A DNA stretch of 47,395 bases from Octopus bimaculoides (taxonomy: Eukaryota): positions 35,838,905 to 35,886,299 of the forward strand of contig NC_069002.1 of NCBI RefSeq assembly GCF_001194135.2, written 5' to 3'. A program made the translations under genes and the position numbers. Positions 33,421 to 46,614 of this stretch are shown one piece after another; the first letter of the stretch is position 1, and each line of letters begins with the position of its first letter. The notes below the pieces were generated by a model. It was not told where the DNA came from and made no database searches. It saw nothing but the letters and a program-made list of their open reading frames with translations.

Positions 33421-34560
33421 CATCATCATGGTAGGTGGTGGTTTAACCATCAGCATGGTAGACAAAATGCTTTGCCACATTTTGTCTATCTTTATGTTCT
33501 GAGTTCAAGTCCTGCTGAGGTCGACTTTGCTTTTCATCATTTTTTGGGGTTTATGATATAAGTGTCAGTTGGGTACCAGGGTTAATGAAATTGACTAGAC
33601 CCCCTCCCCCAAAATTTCAGGCCTTGTGCCTATTGTAGAAAGGATTATTATTATTAAGGTGGAGAGCTGGCAGAACCATTGGCATGCCGGACAAATTACT
33701 TAGTGGCATTTCATCCATCTTTATATTGTGAGTTCAAATTCCAACGAGTTCAACTCTGCCTTTCATCCTTTTGGGGTTGGTATCATAAATACCAGTCAAG
33801 TGCTGGGGTCAGTGTAATCAACTTAACCCCCTCCCCTCAGAATCTACTGGCGCTTTGCTAAAATTTGAATCTATTTTTATTAGTAGTATTAGTATTATTA
33901 TTATTGTTATTATTATTATTATTAGTATCATCATTATTCAGGTGGTGAGTCGATTTGCCTTCCATCCTTTCGGTGTCAGTAGATTAAGAACCAGTGAAAT
34001 ACTGGCTTCGATGAAATTGATTAGTCCCTTCCCGCCAAATTTCAGGCCTTGTGCTTTTAGTAGAAAGGATTATTATTATTATTATTATTATTACTATTTA
34101 AAACAGTGGAGTGGTAGAATCATTAGCAACGCTGGACGAAATGCTTTGTGATATTTCACCCATCGCTATGTTCTGAGTTCAAATTCCGCTGAGGTGGACT
34201 TTGCCTTTCATCCTCTCTGGGTCAATAAATTAAGCACCAGTGAAACACTGGGGTCGATGTAATCGACTTGTCCCCTCCCCCAAAGTGACTGCTCTTGTGG
34301 CAAAATTTAAAACCATTATTATTATTATTATTATTATTATATAAGGTAATTAGCTGGCACAACCGTTAGCATACCATTCTTTATGTTCTAAGTTCAGATT
34401 CTGACAAGGTCGATTTTGCCTTCCATCCTTCCAGGGTCAATAAGATAATTGCCAGTTACATATTGGGGTCCATGTAATCGACTTAGGTCCTTCCCCAAAC
34501 TTGCTGGCTTTGTGCCAAAATTTGAAACCATTATTGTTATTGTTGTCATCATTGTCATTG
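33170..34560 (+). mobile_element. Head-to-tail array of six family C tRNA-SINEs (MetaSINE-like central domain), each ending in (ATT)n
   Basis: Copies start near 33170, 33428, 33657, 33940 (head deleted), 34102 and 34343. Most show TGGCAGAA../GAGTTCAAAT boxes; all share the core GTCGACTT.GCCTTTCATCCTTT.GGGGTCGAT.AA..AAGTACCAG. The MetaSINE resemblance is from memory. Confidence 0.85.
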
Positions 34561-36384
34561 TGGGTGGCCTAAGCTAATATTGAATCGTTTTTGTTTTTTT
34601 CTTTAAGTTCTATCACGATTGTCTGACGTCTTCGTGGAAATATGAGAAATCTGATGATGCTATTTGAGTATTTTCAAACAAGTGGAAATGTTCTAGTGTG
34701 TGCCTTTTGTCTTCACTGGTGAAGGCATAGAGTCATGTGATTTAGACTTAATTATATCATCACAATCTTCTATTTCTCGTTTCTTTCCACCTCTGGCAAA
34801 ACGACAAGCACATACATTGTTTGTGTGTGTGGTAGGGGTGATCTGATGTCTAAAATGTTTGTTTTAGTGACAGGGTTGTTTCATGTCAAGGCCATTGTGA
34901 TATATGTTTCTTACCTCTTCTTCCCCTCAAATGTGTGATTGGCTTTGGAAGCACATATATATATANNNNNNNNNNNNNNNNNNNNNNNNNNNNNNNNNNN
35001 NNNNNNNNNNNNNNNNNNNNNNNNNNNNNNNNNNNNNNNNNNNNNNNNNNNNNNNNNNNNNNNNNNNNNNNNNNNNNNNNNNNNNNNNNNNNNNNNNNNN
35101 NNNNNNNNNNNNNNNNNNNNNNNNNNNNNNNNNNNNNNNNNNNNNNNNNNNNNNNNNNNNNNNNNNNNNNNNNNNNNNNNNNNNNNNNNNNNNNNNNNNN
35201 NNNNNNNNNNNNNNNNNNNNNNNNNNNNNNNNNNNNNNNNNNNNNNNNNNNNNNNNNNNNNNNNNNNNNNNNNNNNNNNNNNNNNNNNNNNNNNNNNNNN
35301 NNNNNNNNNNNNNNNNNNNNNNNNNNNNNNNNNNNNNNNNNNNNNNNNNNNNNNNNNNNNNNNNNNNNNNNNNNNNNNNNNNNNNNNNNNNNNNNNNNNN
35401 NNNNNNNNNNNNNNNNNNNNNNNNNNNNNNNNNNNNNNNNNNNNNNNNNNNNNNNNNNNNNNNNNNNNNNNNNNNNNNNNNNNNNNNNNNNNNNNNNNNN
35501 NNNNNNNNNNNNNNNNNNNNNNNNNNNNNNNNNNNNNNNNNNNNNNNNNNNNNNNNNNNNNNNNNNNNNNNNAAAAAAAAAGAAGAAATAAAACCTAAAA
35601 ATCAGGCTGAATTTGTAATTCAGTTCAAATTTTTGGAGCAATTATGGTGTATTTTTAATGTAATATAATATGATATTATCTTATTTTCTTTTTTATTTTA
35701 TTTTTTTTTTTTTCAATTATTTAATAATTTTTAAAATGACAAACCAAGCTCCCTCCCTCTCTCCCTCTGTCTGTCTCTCTTTGTCTCTGCTTTTTAAGTC
35801 TGCATATTTTAATCTCTTAATCTGCCCCAACTACTTCAAATGACGTCACTGATCTTAATCCATTCCTATAATGACCATCTCATAGTGTTCGGAATATCTC
35901 AACATCTTGGCCATACCTCTCTTCGTTAACCACCATTGTCTGTCTATTATACAGGTTACATTAGTCTTCTACCTGGCCGGCTCCTGTCAAACTGTCCAAC
36001 CCATGCCAGCATGGAAGATGGACGTTAAACTCTGATAATGGTGATGATGATTTCTGTTGACATATGTTGCCTTTGCTTCAATTAATTTTGAAAATAACAA
36101 AGAATTCTAGTAAAATATCTTCATTAATTATGAACCATTTAAAAGCATTCAGATTATTCTGCCAAATGTAATGCTTTATTCATTCACATAGTTTGGAATT
36201 AATCGTGCATTATCTCATAGGTTTAATATTTCGATGTGCTTGTTTAGTTTTAGAATGACATCGTACACAAGATGTGAGTGGCCGAATCTGGTCAGTTTGA
36301 ACATAAAACAGGTAGATATTAATTACTTGTTGGGACACAGTATTAAGTCAACACTGTGTTCTACTGTGTTAGCAGTGCTATGAT

Positions 36385-36652
36385 TATCTCTACAGATTCC
36401 CTATAGAAATTATAACCAGCAATGATTTGTTATGATGTTTTGTATCTGAATACGTCTAGTGCTATATTGTTACATTTAGTGGCTATTTAAGCAATGAGTT
36501 TGTGGATGGTTACAGATGAAGGAGCAAGAACTCTTGAAGTATGGCATACACACCCAATTTTCATCTTCGATCACATTGTTTACATTAGACATCTTCAGAT
36601 ACAAAACATCGTAACTAATCATTGCTAGCTCTATAGAAAATCTGTGGAGATA
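36385..36652. mobile_element. MITE with long imperfect TIRs (about 70 bp)
   Basis: TATCTCTACAGATT..CTATAGA...CAATGATTTGTTATGATGTTTTGTATCTGAA is mirrored by TTCAGATACAAAACATCGTAACTAATCATTG...TCTATAGAAAATCTGTGGAGATA. TA at both ends. Confidence 0.75.
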
Positions 36653-36809
36653 AATCTTAATGTGTGAAAACAGATTATTTGAGCCAGATCTGGCTTAAGC
36701 TGGTGTTTAAAAAAGTTAACTTTAAATTTTGCTAGGTTTTAATTAATTTAGATCATATTGAAGCTCAGAGTTTATGTCATAGAGACAGGAGTAATCTGAG
36801 ACAGGTTGA

Positions 36810-37015
36810 CTTTTACCTTGTTTTAGTCATCAGACTGTGGCCATGCTAGAGCATCACCTTTAAAAATTTTTAATCAAATGAATCATACTTACTTTCTTGT
36901 TAAGCCTGCTGCTTATTCTGTTGGTTCTCTTTTGCTGAACCACTAAGTTACAAGGACGTAAACACACCAGCACTAGTTGTCAAGCTATGGTGGGGGACAG
37001 ATATGAAGATGCAAT

Positions 37016-37068
<53 letters not shown>

Positions 37069-37224
37069 GGTGGACTTCTTTCAGTTTCTGTCCACCAAAT
37101 CCACCCACAAGGCTTTGGTTGGCCTGAGGCTAAAGTAGAAGACATTTGCCCAAGGTGCCACACATTGGGACTGAACCTGGAACCATGTGTTGGGGAAGCA
37201 AGCTTCTTACCACACAGCCATGCC
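36810..37224 (-). mobile_element. SINE family A, full length
   Basis: Reverse complement of the family A consensus, with a long (TA)n spacer. Confidence 0.85.
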
Positions 37225-38117
37225 CAAAATGCTAAATATTTCTCATTTTAAATAAACGAAGGGTTAGGGTTATTGAAAAGACAATAGCGGGCAAGGTTCA
37301 GTGATTCTGGAGACGGAGAGGATCTCCATCTGTTTTTTTGAGTTGAAATTAGAAGAATATTGGACAGTGTTGATGAGTATCATTGGGGTTTTGTAAAGAA
37401 TATATCTTTGAGATGATGTTGGTCAGCAAGATATCTCTTTGCAGTTCCAAGAAATTTCTCTGGAGATACCAAAAATTCACCTCTCTCTCTCTTCTTTCAT
37501 GACATAAAAACTTGTCTAATTTAATGAATTTTATATATTTTGTTATTCATAAATTTTATTTACTAATGCTCTTCACCAACAAAAAACAAAAATAAAGGAA
37601 AAATGTCAGTTATTGTGTTTGATCAGTGTTTCCATAACTTGAATTTTTTTTTTTTTTTACATTAATGATGATATTAGTAGCATTAACAAATTTAACTAAT
37701 GAAAGGTGTTCCAGTCATGACTACCTAATATGACCTGTATACAAGAAACTATATTTTTCTATGATAGGGTGTGTTTTTAGGAAGATTTAGCTGCTATTTT
37801 GGTCATAGCAGCCTGATCAACCTTGTAGAGGCTCCCTCTGAGTCTAATGTTTCACTTAGATTTAGCCAATTTCTTTTCTTCTGTTTCAGCCTTCTGTAGA
37901 CAAAATAAACATTTGGTTTTTACACATACATGTATGCATGCATATATATATAATGTGCTTTTTATGTGCCACCAACATGGGTGCCTGTTATGTAACACTA
38001 GCATTGACCACAACTATGATTTCACTTGGCTTGATGGGTCTTCTCAAGCACAACATATCGCAAAAGGTCTTGGTCACTTATCATTGATATATATATATAC
38101 ACATATATATATATATC

Positions 38118-38270
38118 TCTGAGTGGTTGGCGTTAGGAAGGGCATCCAGCTGTAGAAACTCTGCCAAATCAGATTGGAACCTGGTGTAGCCATCTGGTCT
38201 CCAGTCTTCAGTCAAATCGTCCAACCCATGCTAGCATGGAAAGCGGACATTAAAGACGATGATGATGATA
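38118..38270 (+). mobile_element. Family B repeat
   Basis: GGCGTTAGGAAGGGCATCCAGCTGTAGAAACTCTGCC...GACGATGATGATG. Confidence 0.85.
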
Positions 38271-38737
38271 TAAGTAAAAGTGTGGTTGCTCTTCCATTTA
38301 GGCTCATACCCTGCAACCCTCTCCTGCTGAGCATCCCTAATCTTGCGGGTTNNNNNNNNNNNNNNNNNNNNNNNNNNNNNNNNNNNNNNNNNNNNNNNNN
38401 NNNNNNNNNNNNNNNNNNNNNNNNNNNNNNNNNNNNNNNNNNNNNNNNNNNNNNNNNNNNNNNNNNNNNNNNNNNNNNNNNNNNNNNNNNNNNNNNNNNN
38501 NNNNNNNNNNNNNNNNNNNNNNNNNNNNNNNNNNNNNNNNNNNNNNNNNNNNNNNNNNNNNNNNNNNNNNNNNNNNNNNNNNNNNNNNNNNNNNNNNNNN
38601 NNNNNNNNNNNNNNNNNNNNNNNNNNNNNNNNNNNNNNNNNNNNNNNNNNNNNNNNNNNNNNNNNNNNTTATTTTATTTTTTGGGTCTGACTTTTCCTGA
38701 TGAGTTCTTAATGAAGGATCTGTCTGATTTTAATAAT

Positions 38738-38768
<31 letters not shown>

Positions 38769-39069
38769 TTGTAAATGTTATTTTTGTTGTTAATTTATTT
38801 CGTATAGAAATTCATTTTTTCTTTGCTCTCCTAAGTTGTTCTCTTCTGTTCAGCCTGTGAATTAGTTTATCAGAACATTGAACAAAAAAGGTTACTCTCT
38901 AGATTGTAGAGACAAACACAAAACAAGATATTCTGCTAATGTGATACGCACCAGTCATCTCTCGGCTTCTTGTTCAATGAAACGTTTTTCTATCTCGTTG
39001 GTGTTACGAAGGGCATCCAGCAGTGAACCCTGCCAAAACAGACACGGAAGTCTGGTGTGGGCTCTGTCT

Positions 39070-39268
39070 GTGTTTGTCTCCCCACTATCGCTTGACATCC
39101 GAAGTTGGTGTGTTTACATCCCTGTAACTTAGCGGTTCGGAAAAAGGGAACCGATAGAATAAGTACTAAGCTTACAAAGAATAAGTCCTGGAGTCGATTT
39201 GTTTGACTAAAGGCGGTGCTCCAGCATGGCCGCAGTCAAATGACTGAAAGAAGTAAAAGAAATAAAAG
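39070..39268 (+). mobile_element. SINE family A, 3' module
   Basis: Closely matches 11625-11820. Confidence 0.85.
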
Positions 39269-39714
39269 AAAAAAAAATTGTTTCTTATAGAGGGAAATAA
39301 CTCTTAAAGTTTAAAGAATTTAAACTAAGGGAACTAATTCTTGTTATACAAAACTATTTTACTGAGCGTGAATAAAGACTATAAGCGTCGGAGAGGCTTT
39401 GCCTCCTGCAGAAACGGCAGGAGCTACTCAGAGACGTTTTGAAAGCTCTTTTAAATCCATTGCAATACTGGAAACCATTAAATGCGACGAGCTGACAGAA
39501 TCGTTAGCGACATTTCGTCCGTCTTTACGGTCTGAGTTCAGATTCCGCCGAAGTTGACTTTGCCTTTCATCCTTTCGGGGTCGATAAATTAAGTACCAGT
39601 GAAGTATTGAGCAGAATATTTGCTGTAACCCATCTTTTATATCAAGACAAAATATGTACATGACATCACTTCCAATAAGTTAAGATGAGAGCCTGTGCCT
39701 GGTATTGCATCAGG

Positions 39715-40090
39715 GCATTTTATTATTATTATTACTGAGTGAGAGAGCAGCATATGTCATCAACGTGACACTAAGGTACAATTATACCGAGCCCAATATA
39801 CCCGTCTGATATGGGTACACCAGGCACCTGCATCACAAACATATGTGCACGACATGGTGATCTCATATCAAGATAAACGGCGCATGACCTTGCAGGTGGA
39901 GCCCAGTTAGAATTTTCTTCAAGTCGAGTAGCCCATCCCGCTCAAAAGGTTCCTGAATGAGGGTTGTTTAAGGATGTTGAACGAAACACCCAAGATTCCA
40001 CAAGTGAATTATTTAAACCCCAAAGAATCCTTCTCAACACATGGCTACGACGCTCCGCCACTATTTCTGCTCGTGATCAGAGATGCACAT
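39715..40090 (-). repeat. Unclassified interspersed retro-element-like repeat with (AAT)n tail
   Basis: A higher-complexity 370-bp block ending in (TAA)n on the minus strand. Only one copy in the window; recognised only as resembling a cephalopod repeat. Confidence 0.35.
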
Positions 40091-40734
40091 ATCGTCAGCC
40101 ACTAAGGGACATGCTGTTGTTGTTGTTGCTTTCAATCTTGTCCATGTTTCTTGTTTTCGATCTGGTTCATCTTGTTGCTGGTGTTGTTGGTGCAATCGCT
40201 GTTATTGTTGTTGTTTGTGGTGATGGTGGTGATGGTGGTGCTACTACTGTACACATTGTTGTGACTGCTGAAGCCGTCGTCGTTGCTGCCAGTACTTTTG
40301 CATTTGTTACAGTCGTCGGAGCATCAAAAGCAAATTATGTTTCTCTTTGGCGAGAAATCTATTCCACCTTCAGCTGCGTTTGTTTCCGGAATTACCAAAG
40401 AACGCTGCTCTTGGTCGGGGTCAACAGAATGCTGCTCTTGGTAGATTATTATTATTTCTTCGTATTCCAAATTTTTTTTAAATTGGAAAAATGAATAAAA
40501 TCCTGTCTTCGCAAAAAACGCAGAAATGCAGAATAGTTATTACACCTTCAAAAAAGGTGGGTGCAGTTACACAAAATGTTACCACCACGATCTAGACAAT
40601 GCAAGCAAAATACTTGTTAGATCTAATTTTGAATGAACAGACTTGCAGCCAGCCGAAAAGCTTGATTAAACACTTACAGTTTGTGGAGCTCCAACATGTA
40701 TGACTTCACAGGCTGACGGCAATAATAATAATAA

Positions 40735-41060
40735 TAATGATTTCATTTGTTTGCCACAAGGGCGACGGATGAGGTGGATAATACAATGACAGACGTAAAT
40801 TGTGGTGGTTTACATAGATTGAAATGATAAAAAAGAAGTAAGTATACACTGAAAAAGAAGGGACATATGCATAGCAGGGAGCAGGAGGGTGATAGAGATG
40901 TGGCCCGCCTGTATGGATAATCGAGGAACCTCACTGTTCGAGATTTCCCTCAAGCCCCAAGAGAAAATGCCCTCTCCAATTCTTTCTCTCCGACTCACAG
41001 GTCTACACTTAGAGAAGTACCATCCACTCTTGCCATTTTGGCAACTTTCGCCCACCTTGT
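40735..41060 (-). mobile_element. Possible L1/Tx1-like LINE 3' end
   Basis: One minus frame reads RWAKVAKMARVDGTSLSV*, followed by a pyrimidine-rich UTR and an (ATT)n tail. The resemblance is from memory only. Confidence 0.3.
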
Positions 41061-41474
41061 ATAATAATAATAATAATCTTTTGTACTAAAGGCACAAGGC
41101 CTTAAATTTGGGGGAAGGGGACTAGTCGACGACATCTAGCCCAGTGTTTCACTGGTACTGGATTTATCGACCCCGAAATGATGAAAGACAATGCCGACCT
41201 CGGCGGAATTTGAACGTAGCAATAGANNNNNNNNNNNNNNNNNNNNNNNNNNNNNNNNNNNNNNNNNNNNNNNNNNNNNNNNNNNNNNNNNNNNNNNNNN
41301 NNNNNNNNNNNNNNNNNNNNNNNNNNNNNNNNNNNNNNNNNNNNNNNNNNNNNNNNNNNNNNNNNNNNNNNNNNNNNNNNNNNNNNNNNNNNNNNNNNNN
41401 NNNNNNNNNNNNNNNNNNNATATATATATATATACGTGTGTGTGTGTGTATACTACAAAAAAATTATATATATA

Positions 41475-41625
41475 CGACGGGCTTCTTTCAGTTACCATCG
41501 ACCAAATCCACTCACAAAACTTTGGTCGGCCTGTGGCTATAATAGAAGACGTTTGCCCAAGTTGCTACGAAGTGGAACTGAACCCAAAACCATGTACTTG
41601 GGAAGCAAACTTATTATCACACACC
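41475..41625 (-). mobile_element. SINE family A, 5' half
   Basis: Reverse complement of the family A head and CORE-like block. Confidence 0.75.
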
Positions 41626-43001
41626 TACACACACACTCAGAGAGAGAGAGAGAGAAAGTGAAAGTGAAAGTGAAACAATCAGAGGCTCAGAACCAATTCT
41701 TGACAAGTGTAGGGGAGATAACTATAACAGCGTAATCTTTTAACATTTTACTCTGTTAGGTATGGAAGACCATCATAGCCAATAAAATAAGCTCTGCAGT
41801 GAATATAGAGAACAGTTACATTAAGCACGACAGAGTATTTCTGTGCAACAAATTTAAATGTAAATTTTGAATTTTCTTTATTGAAACCATTGATCCTCAT
41901 TGTTGTGTGTTTTTATTTCTATTTAAATACCAATAAAGTCGGTTCATTGGCTGAATCGTTAGAACATCCGAAAAAATTGCCTTTGCGTCAGGGTTCAAAT
42001 TCTGCCGTACTCAGCTTTGCTTTTTATCCCCATCTGGTCGATAAAACAAAGTACTAGTCAAGCGCTGGAGTCAATGATATCGGTTAATCCCCCTCTCAAA
42101 ATTACTGAATTATTTGAAAACTTTCTTCTTTTTCTTGAACGTATGTATGTGTGTAGATACGTAGGTACGCGTGTGCGTGTATATATATATATANNNNNNN
42201 NNNNNNNNNNNNNNNNNNNNNNNNNNNNNNNNNNNNNNNNNNNNNNNNNNNNNNNNNNNNNNNNNNNNNNNNNNNNNNNNNNNNNNNNNNNNNNNNNNNN
42301 NNNNNNNNNNNNNNNNNNNNNNNNNNNNNNNNNNNNNNNNNNNNNNNNNNNNNNNNNNNNNNNNNNNNNNNNNNNNNNNNNNNNNNNNNNNNNNNNNNNN
42401 NNNNNNNNNNNNNNNNNNNNNNNNNNNNNNNNNNNNNNNNNNNNNNNNNNNNNNNNNNNNNNNNNNNNNNNNNNNNNNNNNNNNNNNNNNNNNNNNNNNN
42501 NNNNNNNNNNNNNNNNNNNNNNNNNNNNNNNNNNNNNNNNNNNNNNNNNNNNNNNNNNNNNNNNNNNNNNNNNNNNNNNNNNNNNNNNNNNNNNNNNNNN
42601 NNNNNNNNNNNNNNNNNNNNNNNNNNNNNNNNNNNNNNNNNNNNNNNNNNNNNNNNNNNNNNNNNNNNNNNNNNNNNNNNNNNNNNNNNNNNNNNNNNNN
42701 NNNNNNNNNNNNNNNNNNNNNNNNNNNNNNNNNNNNNNNNNNNNNNNNNNNNNNNNNNNNNNNNNNNNNNNNNNNNNNNNNNNNNNNNNNNNNNNNNNNN
42801 NNNNNNNNNNNNNNNNNNNNNNNNNNNNNNNNNNNNNNNNNNNNNNNNNNNNNNNNNNNNNNNNNNNNNNNNNNNNNNNNNNNNNNNNNNNNNNNNNNNN
42901 NNNNNNNNNNNNNNNNATATGTGTGTGGGGGGTGCGTTTTATATGTATACCTGTATACATATATATATATGTGTATATACATTTACACACACACACACAC
43001 A

Positions 43002-43065
<64 letters not shown>

Positions 43066-43688
43066 CATACATACATGCATATATCAATGCGTGCATGTAT
43101 GGCTGTGTTTGTGTGCATGCGTTACATTTTGACAGTTTTAAATACGTACACACACACACTCATGCTAATTATACATTCGCATGCATTCGTATGCACTCGT
43201 GTGTATGCGTGTGTGTATCTCTCTCTCTCGCTCTCTCTCTCTCTCTCGCTCTCTCTCTCTCTCTCACACCTACTTACACGTCTACCAAGTTAATTAACGA
43301 CCACCCTACTTACCAGCTTGCTAACAACCTACCTATCTACCTCCCTCCTTCTCTTTCCGTCCTTCCCTCCCTCCCCACCATCCTGCCTAACGTACATACC
43401 TACCCACATATCCTCTAATCCTCAACAGGAAAATGCATTAAATATCAGACTATTGGTGCTAAAATCGATATGACTGTACCATTGTAACATTGTTACAGAC
43501 CAGTAAATAAATGTAGTCACAGCTTAAAATACTCTCTCCCCTTCTCTCCCCCTCTTTTTCACACATACACACACATATACACACGTACCACACATACACG
43601 CACACACACATATATATATAAGTGTTCCTGTGTATATATCTATGTATGCATGTATGTATATATATATATATATATATANNNNNNNNNN

Positions 43689-43725
<37 letters not shown>

Positions 43726-43726
<1 letters not shown>

Positions 43727-43753
43727 TAGCTGAATGACCCGGCGTTGCCCGGG
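43726..43753 (-). mobile_element. Helitron 3' terminus; 5' extent not determined
   Basis: The minus strand has the hairpin CCCGG-GCAACG-CCGGG, an 8-nt spacer, then CTAG|T abutting a (TA)n run. This is the standard Helitron 3' signature. Confidence 0.7.
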
Positions 43754-44799
43754 TTACTGCTGTTGTCATTCAGATTAGTAAGCAATAAATATGAGTCAAA
43801 ACTATTGAAAAGGTTGCAAGAGGCAACAAAATTTTTTTAGAAAAATAAAAAAGAAATATGTGGAAATTTTAACGTTGAGTGAGTTAAATTATAAGGCACC
43901 AAAAGAGAATAACTCTCCCCAGACACAACATTTACCCAAGTTGCTACGAGTAAACTTAAATATGTACATACTTAAATATTTATATATATACTTAAATACA
44001 TACATACAAAAACATACACACCACCCTTTCAACACAACGAACTATTTATTCCATTCTCCATTATTCATAAATTATCCTAGTGAAACGTTTCTGTGCATCC
44101 ATTCAAGGAAACGGAAGGAACGACGTTTCAGATTGTAACCGGGAATTACAGCACCGACTACTTGAAAGGACAGTTTTCCCTAAAACTCCTTCAGTCGTTC
44201 TTATTTCACGTTTGGCATTTTAATTTCACATGGTCTCTCTTACCTTAGGTTTCTCTTCAACTCACTGTAGCTGTCTTTTTCTTTTTATTTCTCTTTATTT
44301 CTTCCTTCCTCACTCTGTATCTCCCTCCCACGAATGCAAGCTCACTGTGTGATCTGTTCTCCACCAGCTGCAGCCAGTCGCTCAAACGCTAAGGTTATAA
44401 AACTCGGCTGCTTTGTCATTTTTCCTTTTGTTATCTTAACTTGAAGAAGGTTTCGGTCCGAAACGTCTGATATTTCACTGATCCCAGCAATTTCAGAGCA
44501 CTTTCTTATTCTGTCGGTTTTCGTAAATAAAGCAAGTTTTGCTGACGCAAGCTACCACCTTCCACCTTGAATTCCGTTTCATCTGGTATACACACATACA
44601 GAAACACAAATGCATACACGTATGTACTTTTGTACGTATAATATGTGTGTGTGTGCGTAATGTGAACATAAGAAAGCCAAATTGTACATAAATAAGTGAA
44701 TATATCTGTGTAGTACAAGATGATTATTTCTGCAAATTGCGTCCAGGGCTTGTAAAATGTTTCAGTTGGAAACGTTAACACACACACACACACACATAC

Positions 44800-44975
44800 G
44801 ACACGGGCCTTTTTTTTTTTTTTTTCGTTTTCCGTCGATCAAATCTACTAACAATGATGCTTTAGTGAGCCCGAATATAACAAAAAAAACAACAAAGGCT
44901 TGCCCAAGGTACCAGGCAGGGCGATTGAACTCTGAACAATGTGGTTGGGAAGCAAACTTCTTACCACGCATCCAT
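44800..44975 (-). mobile_element. SINE family A, 5' half, degenerate
   Basis: TTGCCCAAGGT...TGAAC...ATGTGGTTGGGAAGCAAACTTCTTACCAC. Confidence 0.65.
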
Positions 44976-45529
44976 ACATAAACGTTAGAGGCAACAGGAG
45001 CTATGGTAATTATTCTTTAAAACATACGACAGCATTGAGAAATATTTAGCAAAATCTATAAATCAGACATACATTTGGAACGGAAAGCGAATGAGAGATC
45101 AATATGCACGTAATGAATATGTATTGCTTTTATTGAGGAATATATGAGCATACTGTGAATAGCTGAATTAGCTGAATAAAACAGTGGGGATAGTGAAAGT
45201 AGAAATGGATACAGCTACGCGGGAGATGTACATTTTACGTTGATATTCTTTTTATGAGTTTCTGTCATCGCATGTACTACATGCATGCATACATATATAC
45301 GTACACACACGATAATATATAAATGTAAGGACAAGCACATTAAGTAAGTCGATATACAAAAAAAAATTCTCTTATTCAACACCTTTAATACCTTGTATCA
45401 TTTCTATTCTTTGTAAGTCGGACTATTTTTATATGTAAACGTATATTTTTTGTATTAAATGCTTTTAAGATTTTTTGTATATCGACTTGTCTAACTTGCT
45501 TGTCTTTACGTTTGCAGAGAATACCTGTC

Positions 45530-46020
<491 letters not shown>

Positions 46021-46115
46021 ACGAATAATAAAAGAATAAATATATTTATGTTTGTTTTCATGTTCAAAACAATTTTGCATTAACCTGATGGGTTACTCTA
46101 TACTTAAACAGGAAT

Positions 46116-46162
46116 GTTGTTGACAATGACTTCGAAGTTTCGGTTAGCTAACCTATCATCGG
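46116..46162 (-). repeat. Second copy of the 10.7-kb hammerhead-like repeat
   Basis: Shares ATGTTGTTGACAATGACTTCGAAGTTTC(A/G)GTTAGCTAA with 10691-10729. The minus strand reads CCGATGA-TA-GGTTAGCTAACC-GAAACTTCGAAGTC with a perfect stem II; the 5' strand of stem I is missing. Confidence 0.65.
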
Positions 46163-46275
46163 GATGGATATGATAGTGCATACATCGGCAGAATCGTTAG
46201 CACACCGGATAAAATGCTTAGCGGTATTTCGTCCGTTTTCACGTTCTGAGTTCAAATTCTACTGAGGTCGACTTT

Positions 46276-46466
46276 ACAGTTCTATATTTAAGAGATGAGG
46301 AATTATGTACATTATTTACATTTGACGGATATTTCTCCTCATCTTGTTTGTTGTTAACACAACGTTTCGGCTGATATACTCTCCAGCCTTCATCAGGTGC
46401 CTTGGGGAAATTTCGAACCTGGGTTCTCATTCCTAAGGTATTTTATGATATTACTATTACTATTAC

Positions 46467-46533
<67 letters not shown>

Positions 46534-46614
46534 GTTCAGGTCACTGCTTGGAATCGAACTCGGAATCTTGGGGTTAGTAGCCCGCGCTCTTAACCACTAT
46601 TCCATATGCCTGTG
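46276..46614 (-). mobile_element. tRNA-headed SINE (family F) with (AAT)n linker and Penelope-like 3' module carrying a hammerhead ribozyme
   Basis: A box TGGAATAGTGG (46604-46594), B box GAGTTCGATTCC (46561-46550), tRNA-like anticodon arm GGG-CTACTAA-CCC, about 90 nt of (AAT)n, then a unique tail containing the HHR at 46401-46356. Confidence 0.8.
46356..46401 (-). ncRNA. Minimal type-I hammerhead ribozyme (PLE-type, palindromic stem III)
   Basis: GGCAC-CTGATGA-A-GGCTG(gagagtatat)CAGCC-GAAA-CG-TT-GTGTT. Stem I is GGCAC/GUGUU, stem II is 5 bp, and stem III is replaced by the palindrome AACGUU. The predicted GUU cleavage is between 46361 and 46360. Confidence 0.75.

Noticed and set aside
34645-34860. 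Possible C/D-box snoRNA (TGATGA ... CTGA)
   Set aside because: The boxes are about 190 nt apart, with no terminal stem and no host intron established here.
38693-38730. CTGATGAGTTCTTAATGAAG next to a gap
   Set aside because: Stem II is mismatched and there is no GAAA core.
39395-39440. Hairpin CTCCTGC-AGAAACG-GCAGGAG with nearby CTGAGTA on the minus strand
   Set aside because: The core deviates at G8 and GAAA is not correctly placed; too degenerate to call an HHR.
39964-40494. 176-aa ORF
   Set aside because: Non-ATG start. It is made of a repeat fragment plus (GTT/GGT)n low-complexity sequence giving L/V/G runs, with no recognisable domain.
42017-43418. Long ORFs spanning N gaps (also near 2.8-3.3, 22.2-23.1, 30.8-31.7, 34.9-35.7, 38.2-38.9 and 41.1-41.7 kb)
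   Set aside because: Artefacts of Ns having no stop codons, plus (TA)n/(CA)n translations.
30228-45500. Additional protein-coding exons in the right third of the window
   Set aside because: No ORF with recognisable homology or coding-like composition outside transposon relics. Small exons of a neighbouring gene could be missed by eye.
46533-46614. tRNA gene candidates (also the heads of SINE families A, C and D)
   Set aside because: A/B boxes are present but no complete acceptor stem or cloverleaf is evident, and each continues into a SINE body.
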